Below, in pieces: positions 16,329 to 24,243 of a DNA stretch of 45,204 bases. Below the pieces are notes generated by a model. The model was not told the origin of the DNA, searched no databases, and was given only the letters and a program-made list of their open reading frames with translations. Origin of the DNA: Alphaproteobacteria bacterium (GTDB taxonomy: Bacteria > Pseudomonadota > Alphaproteobacteria > CADEGL01); contig JBGPGW010000001.1 in the NCBI GenBank assembly GCA_041484095.1, forward strand, positions 1 to 45,204, in the 5' to 3' direction. The translations under genes were made by a program, and so were the position numbers. Numbering within the stretch: the first letter of the stretch is position 1; each line of letters opens with the position of its first letter.

Positions 16329-17699
16329 TCAGCGCATCGGGAATCCCGGCGGGCGAGCCATGCCAGCCGGCATCCCCGCCCTCATCAAGCCCTTCTTGCC
16401 GAGTTTGCCCATGCGTTTCATCATCTTCTGCATCTCGAAGAATTGCTTGAGGAGGCGATTGACCTCCTGAACCGACGTGCCGGAGCCCGCGGCGATGCGC
16501 TGCCGGCGCGAGGCCTTGATGACTTCGGGACGCCGGCGTTCGCCCTTGGTCATCGACATGATGATCGCCTCCTGACGCTTCAGGACCGACTCGTCGAGTT
16601 TGGCATCCGCGAGCTGCTTCTTCACTTTCTGGACGCCGGGCAACAGCCCGAGCAGGCCTTCGACCCCGCCCATGCGCCGCACCTGGCGGAGCTGCTGCGC
16701 CATGTCGCCGAGATCGAACTGCCCTTTCTCGATCTTGCGGGCCAGTTTCTCGGCCTCTTCCTGCTCGATCGTCTCGGCCGCCTTCTCGACGAGACCGACG
16801 ACGTCGCCCATGCCCAGGATGCGGCCGGCGATGCGATCGGGATGGAATTGCTCGAGCGCGTCGAGTTTCTCGCCCGTGCCGATCAGTTTGATAGGACGTC
16901 CCGTCACGGCCCGCATGGACAGCGCAGCACCACCGCGCGCATCGCCGTCGACGCGCGTGAGGACGATGCCCGTCAGACCCAATTTCTCGTGAAAGCTCTT
17001 GGCCACGTTGACGGCGTCCTGACCCGTCATGGCGTCCGCGACCAGCAGCGTTTCGACCGGATTGACCGCGGCGCCGATCGATGCGGCCTCTTCCATCAAC
17101 TCGTCATCGACATGCAGGCGCCCCGCCGTATCGAGCAGAACGACGTCATAGGCTTCGAGAAGCGCCGTCTGCATCGCGCGGCGCGCGATCGCGACGGGCG
17201 GCTCGCCGGACACGACCGGCAACGTCGCGACCCCGGCCTGGCGGCCCAGCACCGCAAGCTGTTCCTGGGCGGCCGGACGCCGCACGTCGAGCGACGCCAT
17301 CAGCGTCTTCTTCTTGTGGCGCGCCGTCAGCCACTGGCCCAGCTTGGCCGTGGTCGTCGTCTTGCCGGAGCCCTGGAGCCCGACCATCAGGATGGGAACG
17401 GGCGGGCTGGCCGCGAGGTTGATGTCTTCGGCCTTGCCGCCCAGCGTCTCCACGAGATGATCGTGGACGATCTTGATCACCATCTGGCCGGGCGTGACGC
17501 TCTTGACCACGTCCTGGCCGATCGCGCGTTCCCTGACGGCGGCGAGGAAATCCTTGACCACGGACAGGGCGACATCGGCCTCGAGCAGCGCCACGCGCAC
17601 CTCGCGGAGCGCCTCGTCGACGTCGGACTCCGAGAGCGCGCCGCGCCTGGTCAGGCGCTCGAAAATCGTGCCGAGGCGTGTGGTAAGGGTTTCGAACAT
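16329..17699 (-). CDS. ffh: signal recognition particle protein Ffh
   Basis: MFETLTTRLGTIFERL...MVGLQGSGKTTTTAKL...DTAGRLH...TRVDGDARGGAALS plus a Met-rich M domain. 456 aa. Confidence 0.97.
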   Translation of the reverse strand: MFETLTTRLGTIFERLTRRGALSESDVDEALREVRVALLEADVALSVVKDFLAAVRERAIGQDVVKSVTPGQMVIKIVHDHLVETLGGKAEDINLAASPPVPILMVGLQGSGKTTTTAKLGQWLTARHKKKTLMASLDVRRPAAQEQLAVLGRQAGVATLPVVSGEPPVAIARRAMQTALLEAYDVVLLDTAGRLHVDDELMEEAASIGAAVNPVETLLVADAMTGQDAVNVAKSFHEKLGLTGIVLTRVDGDARGGAALSMRAVTGRPIKLIGTGEKLDALEQFHPDRIAGRILGMGDVVGLVEKAAETIEQEEAEKLARKIEKGQFDLGDMAQQLRQVRRMGGVEGLLGLLPGVQKVKKQLADAKLDESVLKRQEAIIMSMTKGERRRPEVIKASRRQRIAAGSGTSVQEVNRLLKQFFEMQKMMKRMGKLGKKGLMRAGMPAGMARPPGFPMR

Positions 17700-17854
17700 C
17701 GTCCTTCCGACCTGAATCCGCGACGCCCAAACGCATACGACGCCAGTGCGCGAAACTCGCGGACTGGCGGGCCCCAGATGGGGCTAAACGCCGCAATTCC
17801 CTTAGGCGTCCGGAACTTAGAGGTGGGGGGCGCTCAAGTCAAGCCGGGCGCCGG

Positions 17855-18583
17855 TCAATCGGCGACGCACCGGCCGATGGAGGCGGGGCCGCAGCGCCTG
17901 CCATCGACCCAGATCGCGCCGATCAGCGAGGCGCCGGTGAGGTCAGCCTTTCCGATCTTCGCTTTCCTCAGATCGACCCCCACCAGATTGGCGGACGCGA
18001 AGATGGCCCCCGCCAAGTCGGCCCCGCGGAGATCCGCCCCCGCGAGATCGGCTCCGGTCAGGTCCGAGCCGCTCAAATCCACCCCCACCATGGCGGCCTG
18101 CGTCATCCTGGCGCCGGCGAGATCGACCCTCGAAAGCACCGCCTTGGACAGATTGGCATCGTTCAGAATCGATCCCCTGAGCCGCGCGCCCGCGAAATTC
18201 GCAGCGGACGCATTCGCCTTGAGGAGAATGGCGCGCTCCAAATCCGCATTGGCGAAATTGGCCCCGGACAGGTTGGCGCCGGTCATGGCAACGCCCCGCA
18301 TCTGCGCCCCATCGAAATGGGCGCCCGTCAGATCGGCATCGTAGAGAATCGTCGCATAGAAATCGCCGCTCGACAGATCGGCGTGCGTGAGATTCGCGCG
18401 CGTCATGACAGCCTCGCCAAGGCGCGCGCCCTGCATCCGCATGCCGTGGAGATCGACGCCGGTCTTGTCGCATCGCCGCCAGTCGACCGCCTTATCCGGC
18501 GGGTCGTTGCACTTGGCCGTTGCCACGCCGGCCGTCAATGCAACGATCGTGATGCTCAGCAATGCGAGCGCACGACTCCGCAT
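17855..18583 (-). CDS. secreted pentapeptide-repeat protein, paralog 1
   Basis: Start MRSRALALLSITIVALTAGVATA-KC at the ATG 18581-18583, preceded by AGGAGA. The body is continuous A(D/N)LxG pentapeptide repeats (ADLTGAHFDGAQMRGVAMTGANLSGANFANADL...). There are exactly four Cys, as CX12C near the N-terminus and CX7C at the C-terminus. Confidence 0.8.
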   Translation of the reverse strand: MRSRALALLSITIVALTAGVATAKCNDPPDKAVDWRRCDKTGVDLHGMRMQGARLGEAVMTRANLTHADLSSGDFYATILYDADLTGAHFDGAQMRGVAMTGANLSGANFANADLERAILLKANASAANFAGARLRGSILNDANLSKAVLSRVDLAGARMTQAAMVGVDLSGSDLTGADLAGADLRGADLAGAIFASANLVGVDLRKAKIGKADLTGASLIGAIWVDGRRCGPASIGRCVAD

Positions 18584-18593
18584 GGTGTGTCTC

Positions 18594-19145
18594 CTATTCA
18601 CCGTTGCAAACACCGATGGAGCCGTTCTCGCAAATCCGGCCATCCGTCCACCGCGCGCGGACGAGATTGGCGCCGTCGAGCTTTGCGCCATCGAGTTTCG
18701 CGCCCGTCAAATCCGCGCCCACGAGAAAGGCGTCTCGAAGGTCGACGCCGGTCAAATCGGCATAGCGAAGGTTGGCGCCGGCCAGGCTCGCGGTGTTGAG
18801 ATTGGCCCCGTTCAGCAGCGCCGAGGACAGATCGACGCCGCCGAGATGGGCCGATCTCAAATCCGCCCGATCGAGATTCGCCTTCATCAGCCGCGCACCC
18901 TGAAGATTGATCTGGCGCATGACCGCGCCGGAAAGATCGGCCTCGACCAAGTTCGCGCCCGTCATCTTCGCGCGCGTGAGTTCCGCGCCGGTGAGGTCCG
19001 CGCCCGGCAATTGAATTTGCGTCTTGAGGCACTGTGTCCAGTCGACAAGCGGCGCTGGCGGGTCGCTGCATGCGGCCGCCGCCAGCCGTGCGGCGCTTGG
19101 CAGCATCACGGTCAGGCTGACAACGGCCATCACGACCGGTCGCAT
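18594..19145 (-). CDS. secreted pentapeptide-repeat protein, paralog 2
   Basis: Start MRPVVMAVVSLTVMLPSAARLAAAA-CS at the ATG 19143-19145 (GGGGGA upstream). The alternative ATG at 19172 would overlap the CGNR gene. It has pentapeptide repeats throughout and the same CX12C / CX7C arrangement as paralog 1. Confidence 0.78.
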   Translation of the reverse strand: MRPVVMAVVSLTVMLPSAARLAAAACSDPPAPLVDWTQCLKTQIQLPGADLTGAELTRAKMTGANLVEADLSGAVMRQINLQGARLMKANLDRADLRSAHLGGVDLSSALLNGANLNTASLAGANLRYADLTGVDLRDAFLVGADLTGAKLDGAKLDGANLVRARWTDGRICENGSIGVCNGE

Positions 19146-19149
19146 CCGA

Positions 19150-19779
19150 TCATCCCCCGGTCGGAGCGGCATGGTGGCGATGATAATGCCGGCGCGCCTT
19201 CGCCCGATTGCCGCACACCTCCATCTCGCACCAGCGGCGGCTGCGATTGCGCGTCTCGTCGAGGAACAGCCAGCCGCAGGCGACACCCCCGCACTCGCCT
19301 ATACGCACGAGCCGGTCGCCCGTGAGGAGCCCGGCCGCCGAATGCGCGATGGGCCAAAGCATGCAGTCGATGGAATCGCGGTGCCATTGCCAACCAAAGA
19401 CGCCGTCACGCTCGGCGATTCCGCCGTGTCGCGCCGCGTCGGCCAAGACTCCGTTCATGATCGCGAGATCGCTGTCGGGAACGGAGCGCCCGTGCGCGAT
19501 ATTGACGAAAACGCCGTGGAGCGCATCGCGCAATCGGCGTGCCCGTTGAAGCGCGTCCTCGGCGGCGCTCGCATCACGGCTCGCCTGCCGTTCGAGGTCC
19601 GCCGCTTCTCCATCGTTCAAGACCCGCGCGCGCATGCACCAGGCCAGAAGGTCGTCGTAGTTTCCAAGCCGATCGCGCTCGGTGGGCGTGCCGCGGCCGC
19701 TTTTCGTGTTCACGAAATCGAGACAGAGGCGCCCCGCGAGGAATTTTGCGGATCGAGCGTGCGGCGTATCTGGGATCAT
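19150..19779 (-). CDS. ABATE-domain / CGNR zinc-finger protein
   Basis: N-terminal LCLDFVNT... (ABATE/DUF1470-like). C-terminal C...CGWLFLDETRNRSRRWCEMEVCGNRAKARRHY is the CGNR zinc-finger signature. 209 aa. Confidence 0.85.
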   Translation of the reverse strand: MIPDTPHARSAKFLAGRLCLDFVNTKSGRGTPTERDRLGNYDDLLAWCMRARVLNDGEAADLERQASRDASAAEDALQRARRLRDALHGVFVNIAHGRSVPDSDLAIMNGVLADAARHGGIAERDGVFGWQWHRDSIDCMLWPIAHSAAGLLTGDRLVRIGECGGVACGWLFLDETRNRSRRWCEMEVCGNRAKARRHYHRHHAAPTGG

Positions 19780-19791
19780 GGATCTCTCGCT

Positions 19792-20649
19792 TCAACGTCG
19801 AGCAGCCGCACCGCGGAGCGCTGGTGCGTTGTCTTCTCTGAGAAATGCAGCGATTTCGTCAGCCGTCGCGACGGGTGCGTCATCCATTGCGAAATGACCC
19901 ACCTCTGGCAGCACGCCGAGGGTTGCGCCTGGGATGAGGCGGACAAGCCGCTCGCCGTGGTCAAGCGGGATCCAAGTGTCCTCTCCACCCCAAAGGATGC
20001 GCGTCGGCGTCGCCATGCGCGGAAGCGCCCGCTCGATGCGGTCGAGATAGTTCTCATCGAACTGGCCGATGAACCGGAAATACGCGGCTTGTCCCTCGGT
20101 TCCGCGCCACGGGGCGAAATACCCCTCGAAGGTCTCTTCGTCCATCGTCCGATACATCGTGGTCGGAATGTGGGCGCGCAGAACCTGTTCGTAGATGCGC
20201 GCCGGCATCGTCTGATACGCCTCGAGATGCGCGCGCACATGGAGCGAATTCGAGGACATGCACGGATTCAGCGTACCGGCATCGATCAGGACAAGGCGGC
20301 GATATCGACACCCCTCGAAGAGACAGGCACCGAGGGCCGCAGCGACGCCGAAGTCGTGCGCCACCATGAGCGGCTCGTCGAGCCCCCAATGATCGAGAAG
20401 ACGCGATAGGAGGCGCGCCTGCGCCTCGCCACTGACCGACTGGCCGTCGCGTTTGTCCGAGGCGCCGAACCCCCGCATGTCGAACACATGGACACGCCAA
20501 TGTGCCGCAAGAAGCGGTGCCACGCGCCGCCAGGAAAACGAGTTCCCGGGAAATCCATGGACGAGGACGACGGGCGGGCCAGCGCCAAGGATGTCGTAGG
20601 CGATCTGATCGCTATCGATCCCGACCATTTGCTTGAGGCGCCATTCCGC
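19792..20649 (-). CDS. alpha/beta-fold hydrolase
   Basis: Start chosen at MAEWRLKQMVGIDSD (ATG 20647-20649) because AGGAG lies 6 nt upstream. PPVVLVHGFPGNSFSWRRV (HG oxyanion motif), VAHDFGV (nucleophile elbow with Asp, as in haloalkane dehalogenase/epoxide hydrolase-like members) and a C-terminal GHFAMDD His. The track ORF extends to 20712. Confidence 0.8.
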   Translation of the reverse strand, partial: AEWRLKQMVGIDSDQIAYDILGAGPPVVLVHGFPGNSFSWRRVAPLLAAHWRVHVFDMRGFGASDKRDGQSVSGEAQARLLSRLLDHWGLDEPLMVAHDFGVAAALGACLFEGCRYRRLVLIDAGTLNPCMSSNSLHVRAHLEAYQTMPARIYEQVLRAHIPTTMYRTMDEETFEGYFAPWRGTEGQAAYFRFIGQFDENYLDRIERALPRMATPTRILWGGEDTWIPLDHGERLVRLIPGATLGVLPEVGHFAMDDAPVATADEIAAFLREDNAPALRGAAARR

Positions 20650-20713
20650 CATCCGAATCTCCTGCCCCATGGTCATTCCGCGGTTCCCCGCGCGGAATAA
20701 CCGCCAATCCATA

Positions 20714-20775
20714 TTTTAGTGGTTATACAATATTCCGACCAAAATAACCTGTAAAGAGCATTTTACTGGTTATCT
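20714..20775. promoter_or_regulatory. three copies of the 12-nt motif TTTA(G/C)(T/A)GGTTAT in an AT-rich promoter region; candidate operator
   Basis: TTTAGTGGTTAT at 20715-20726 (+), TTTACAGGTTAT on the complement of 20744-20755, TTTACTGGTTAT at 20762-20773 (+). They lie 65-135 nt upstream of the hydrolase start codon. Confidence 0.35.
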
Positions 20776-20872
20776 AGCGGCCGACGCGAGCCCGCGGCCG
20801 CGCGATTTCGGCGATACGCCGAGCGCTGTGCTCGAAGACGGCAATCAACAAAAGCAGGGGGTTAGAGACGGG

Positions 20873-22039
20873 TCAGCGCTTGAAGTGTTTGGACAGCGCG
20901 AGGCCCTGGCGTTGATAGGACGACCCGATGGCCGGCCCATAGATCTTTTCCGGGACGGCCAGGAGACGCTCCAGCACGATCCGGCCGACGATCTGGCCGT
21001 CATCGAGCAAGAACGGCACCTCGTGGGAGCGGACCTCGAGCACCGCCTTGGCGCGCGAGGTTCCATCCTCGCCGTAGCCGAATCCGGGATCGAAGAACCC
21101 GGCGTAGTGCACGCGAAACTCGCCCACGAGGGTGTCGTAGGCCACCATCTCCGCCGCGTGATCGGGCGGGATGCTTACCGTCTCGCGCGAGGCCAGGATG
21201 TAGAAATCGTCGGGATCGAGGATGAGCGTGCGCCGCTTGTTCGCATAGACGCGATCCCAATAATCGTCGATCGCGTAGCGGCCGATCTCGTCGTAGTCGA
21301 TGACGTCGGCGTGCTTCTTCGCGCGGTATCCGATGAGCCCGGTCTTCTCGTCGCCCGCGAGGTCGACCGTCATCGGGACGGAGCCCTTCATGATGGAGGT
21401 GGGATCCGGCGCGATGTCGAGAAGCTGCGCATCCTCCACGAGACGCGCAAGCTCGGCGCGGCTCTGTACGGGTGTTCCGCGCCGAAGGCGCAGCTGATTG
21501 AGGCGCGAGCCCGCGCGCACGACCACTCCGAAAACGCACGGCGAAATCTCCGCATAGAGCGGGCCGCGATAGCCGCGCCGCACGCGCTCGAATTCAACCG
21601 CGTGATCGGTGATGACGCGCGTGAAAATGTTGAGCCGTCCGGTCGAGCTCTTCGGATTGCAGAATCCGGCGATGTCGGATTTGAGGGACAGATGCTCCAT
21701 GAGAGGCACGATGTAGACGCTGCCCTTCTCGAGGACGGCGCCCGACGAAAGATCGATGCGCGTGGCGCCGAGTTCGTCGAGCTTTTCCTGCACGGTCGCC
21801 TTGGGACCGGGAAGGAAGCTCGCCCGCACGCGGTAGGCGACATCGCCGAGCCGGAGGTCGAGACTCGCGGGCTGGATTTGCCCGTCGGTGATCTCCGGCA
21901 CCGCCTTGATGTCGCCCGTCCGCACCATCTGCCGGATGCTCTGGAAGGGAAGGATGCCGGTCGTGTGATGCGGTCCCGCCTGCTCACGATCGGGGGGGAA
22001 AAGAGTCTCGAGCGCCTGGGACATGGGGGCCTGGGACAT
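20873..22039 (-). CDS. dcd: 2'-deoxycytidine 5'-triphosphate deaminase, long alphaproteobacterial DCD form
   Basis: ...ILPFQSIRQMVRTGDI...QPASLDLRLGDVAYRVRASFLPG...FCNPKSSTGRLNIFTRVITD...YAGFFDPGFGYG... The start is ambiguous. ATGs at 22039 and 22024 sit in the two copies of a 15-nt tandem duplication, and a TTG at 22099 is also open. Confidence 0.85.
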   Translation of the reverse strand: MSQAPMSQALETLFPPDREQAGPHHTTGILPFQSIRQMVRTGDIKAVPEITDGQIQPASLDLRLGDVAYRVRASFLPGPKATVQEKLDELGATRIDLSSGAVLEKGSVYIVPLMEHLSLKSDIAGFCNPKSSTGRLNIFTRVITDHAVEFERVRRGYRGPLYAEISPCVFGVVVRAGSRLNQLRLRRGTPVQSRAELARLVEDAQLLDIAPDPTSIMKGSVPMTVDLAGDEKTGLIGYRAKKHADVIDYDEIGRYAIDDYWDRVYANKRRTLILDPDDFYILASRETVSIPPDHAAEMVAYDTLVGEFRVHYAGFFDPGFGYGEDGTSRAKAVLEVRSHEVPFLLDDGQIVGRIVLERLLAVPEKIYGPAIGSSYQRQGLALSKHFKR

Positions 22040-22332
22040 GGGGGACCGATCGATGGGGCGGACGTGCCCCGACCATAGCAAAATCCGGCCCAGCGACAAG
22101 CCGGCGCACCAGGTCCGCTCGCGCGCACCGGGCCGTCCACAGCTCTTGCACAGGCTTCTCCACAGGCCCCCACCACGGAAAAGAGACGATGCTGCACGAT
22201 GGTTAACGCCTCATCGAAAGACGATCCACAGACGGCAGAAAATTCCGAGGCTTCCTTGCGGGTTCGAGACGAATTATGCTCGCCCCAGGCTGTGAATCGA
22301 CAATCGCAGGCTCGAAATCGGAGACCCAATCG

Positions 22333-23298
22333 ATGGCGCACACGCTCCTGACAGGCTCATTCGTGGCATTGCTGACGCCGTTCAACAATGATGAGTCAGT
22401 GGACTACGAAGGCTTCCGCACGCTGCTCGACTTCCATCGCACGCACCGCTCGTCCGCCGTCCTGATCATGGGCTCGACCGGCGAAGCCTCGATGCTGACG
22501 CCCGAGGAAAAGCGCGACATCGTCTCGGCGACGCTCAAGTGGAAAACGCCGGACATGCAACTCTGGTACGGCTGCACGGGCAACAACACGGCCTCGTCGA
22601 TCAAACAGGTGAAGCACGCCTCGGCCGAAGGGGCCGACGGCGTCGTCGTCACCGTGCCGTCCTACGTCGTGCCTTCGGAAGAGGAATCCGTCCGGTTCTT
22701 TCTCGACGTCGCCGACGCATCGACCGTTCCGGTCGGCATCTACAACAACCCGACGCGCGTGAGGACCGATCTGTCGGCCGCGGCCATGATTCGCATCGCC
22801 GAGCACCCGAACATCGTGCTGCTCAAGGAGGCGACGTCGCGCGGCGATCAGATCGCGCGCATCGCGCGGGCACGCCAGCACCTCTCGATCATGTGCTGCG
22901 ACTCGCCCAATCTCGGTCTCGTGATGCAGGTCATGGCGCTCGGCGGGCAGGGGACCGCCAATATGGGCGGCAACATCATCCCGCGGGAGATGGCGACGAT
23001 CTCGACCCCGTGGCGGGATTTCGCCGACGTCGAAGCCTTCCGGACCGCCTATTTGAAGGTGCTGCCGCTTCTTCATTTCCACTATTCCGCCATCAACCCG
23101 GTGGCCGTGAAGTCGCTCGCGCGTGCGCTCGGCCTTCCGGCGGGGCCGTTCCGTCGTCCGCTTCTCGGCCTGCCCGAGGACGCGCTCGCGAAAGGCGTGG
23201 AGATCGTGCGCGAGCTCGGCATTGCCGAGCAGTACGGCTATCGCCTCGGCGACAAGGGTCGGGTGCTCTCGATCGGAAGCCGCACCGCGGCCGAGTAA
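22333..23298 (+). CDS. dihydrodipicolinate synthase (DapA)-family lyase with a C-terminal extension of about 30 aa
   Basis: MAHTLLTGSFVALLTPFNNDESVDYEGFRTLLDFH...IMGSTGEASMLTPEEK...VPSYV...VGIYNNPTRV...VLLKEATS (Schiff-base Lys context). 321 aa. Whether it is the housekeeping DapA cannot be told from sequence alone. Confidence 0.82.
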   Translation: MAHTLLTGSFVALLTPFNNDESVDYEGFRTLLDFHRTHRSSAVLIMGSTGEASMLTPEEKRDIVSATLKWKTPDMQLWYGCTGNNTASSIKQVKHASAEGADGVVVTVPSYVVPSEEESVRFFLDVADASTVPVGIYNNPTRVRTDLSAAAMIRIAEHPNIVLLKEATSRGDQIARIARARQHLSIMCCDSPNLGLVMQVMALGGQGTANMGGNIIPREMATISTPWRDFADVEAFRTAYLKVLPLLHFHYSAINPVAVKSLARALGLPAGPFRRPLLGLPEDALAKGVEIVRELGIAEQYGYRLGDKGRVLSIGSRTAAE

Positions 23299-23394
23299 GC
23301 CTCCGGACGGGATTCCAGGCGGGCAGGGCCGGATCGACCCCCGAGGGGCAATTCCCTTGGACTCGCCCGACGCCGTCGCCATATAAGGGCCGAC

Positions 23395-24243
23395 ATGGCG
23401 GCGCGTCCCTTCATCAAGATGCATGGTCTCGGCAACGACTTCGTCGTGCTCGATGCGCGCCGCCATCCACTGACGCTTGACCAGAGCCAGGCGCGCGCCA
23501 TCGCCGACCGCCACACCGGCGTCGGTTGCGATCAGATCATCACGGTCGATATCCCGCGTCAGCGCGGCGCCGACGTCTTCATGCGCATCCAGAACGCCGA
23601 CGGCGATGAGGTCGAAGCCTGCGGCAACGGCACACGCTGCGTCGCCGATTTGCTTCTGCGCGAGACGGGACGGCAGGCGGCCGTGATCGAAACCGTGGCC
23701 GGGCTGCTCGTCGCCGAGCGCGAGAGCGCCGACCGCATCAAAGTCGACATGGGTGAGCCGCGTCTCGACTGGCACGAAATTCCGCTCGCCCAGGCCATGG
23801 ACACGAGTCACATCAATCTGACCGTCGAGTCCCTGAGCGACCCATGCGCCGTCAACATGGGCAATCCTCACATCGTGTTCTTCGTGCCGGATGCGGCGTC
23901 CGTGCCCTTGGAACGCCTGGGTCCCATGATCGAGCATCACCCGATCTTTCCCCAGCGCGCGAATGTGAATGTCGCGCAGGTGCTTGACACGCGCCAGATT
24001 CGCCTTCGGGTCTGGGAGCGCGGCGTCGGAATCACCCGCGCCTGCGGGTCGGGCGCGTGCGCGACCGTGGTCGCGGCGCACCGGCGCGCGCTCGTCGGGC
24101 GCAGCGTCGACGTCCGGCTCGATGGCGGCGTGCTCGCGATCGAGTGGCGGCTGGACAATCACATCTACATGACGGGCCCGATCGCCGTGAGCTTCACGGG
24201 CGAGATCGACGAGACTCTCTTGTCCCGGGGCGGGCGTCCATGA
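23395..24243 (+). CDS. dapF: diaminopimelate epimerase
   Basis: FIKMHGLGNDFVVLDAR...EACGNGTRCVA...NMGNPHIVFFV...ERGVGITRACGSGACA; both catalytic Cys motifs are present. 282 aa. Confidence 0.95.
   Translation: MAARPFIKMHGLGNDFVVLDARRHPLTLDQSQARAIADRHTGVGCDQIITVDIPRQRGADVFMRIQNADGDEVEACGNGTRCVADLLLRETGRQAAVIETVAGLLVAERESADRIKVDMGEPRLDWHEIPLAQAMDTSHINLTVESLSDPCAVNMGNPHIVFFVPDAASVPLERLGPMIEHHPIFPQRANVNVAQVLDTRQIRLRVWERGVGITRACGSGACATVVAAHRRALVGRSVDVRLDGGVLAIEWRLDNHIYMTGPIAVSFTGEIDETLLSRGGRP

Noticed and set aside
17700-17854. Intergenic regions (17700-17854, 10214-10699, 22100-22332, 34485-34679) scanned by eye for tRNA, SRP RNA, RNase P, tmRNA or 6S features.
   Set aside because: I saw no cloverleaf-compatible segments, no GGAAGCAGCC-type SRP helix-8 motif and no GAGGAAAGUCC RNase P motif. 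There are only small hairpins such as CCAGTcCGCGAgttTCGCGcACTGG on the minus strand near 17740-17765. tRNAscan-SE and Infernal would be needed to exclude ncRNAs properly.
16443-18344. Very long ORFs antisense to real genes: this 633-aa ORF opposite ffh and the pentapeptide gene, plus 22396..24162, 24165..25565, 25099..26541, 6448..7824, 12747..14024, 15089..16450, 19024..20409, 20828..22078, 36499..37818, 37788..39029 and 45..950.
   Set aside because: All are Arg/Gly/Asp/His-rich and low in Lys/Ile/Phe, have no recognisable domains, and lie exactly opposite genes with clear family signatures. This is the standard shadow-ORF artefact of high-G+C genomes, where stop codons are rare on the antisense strand.
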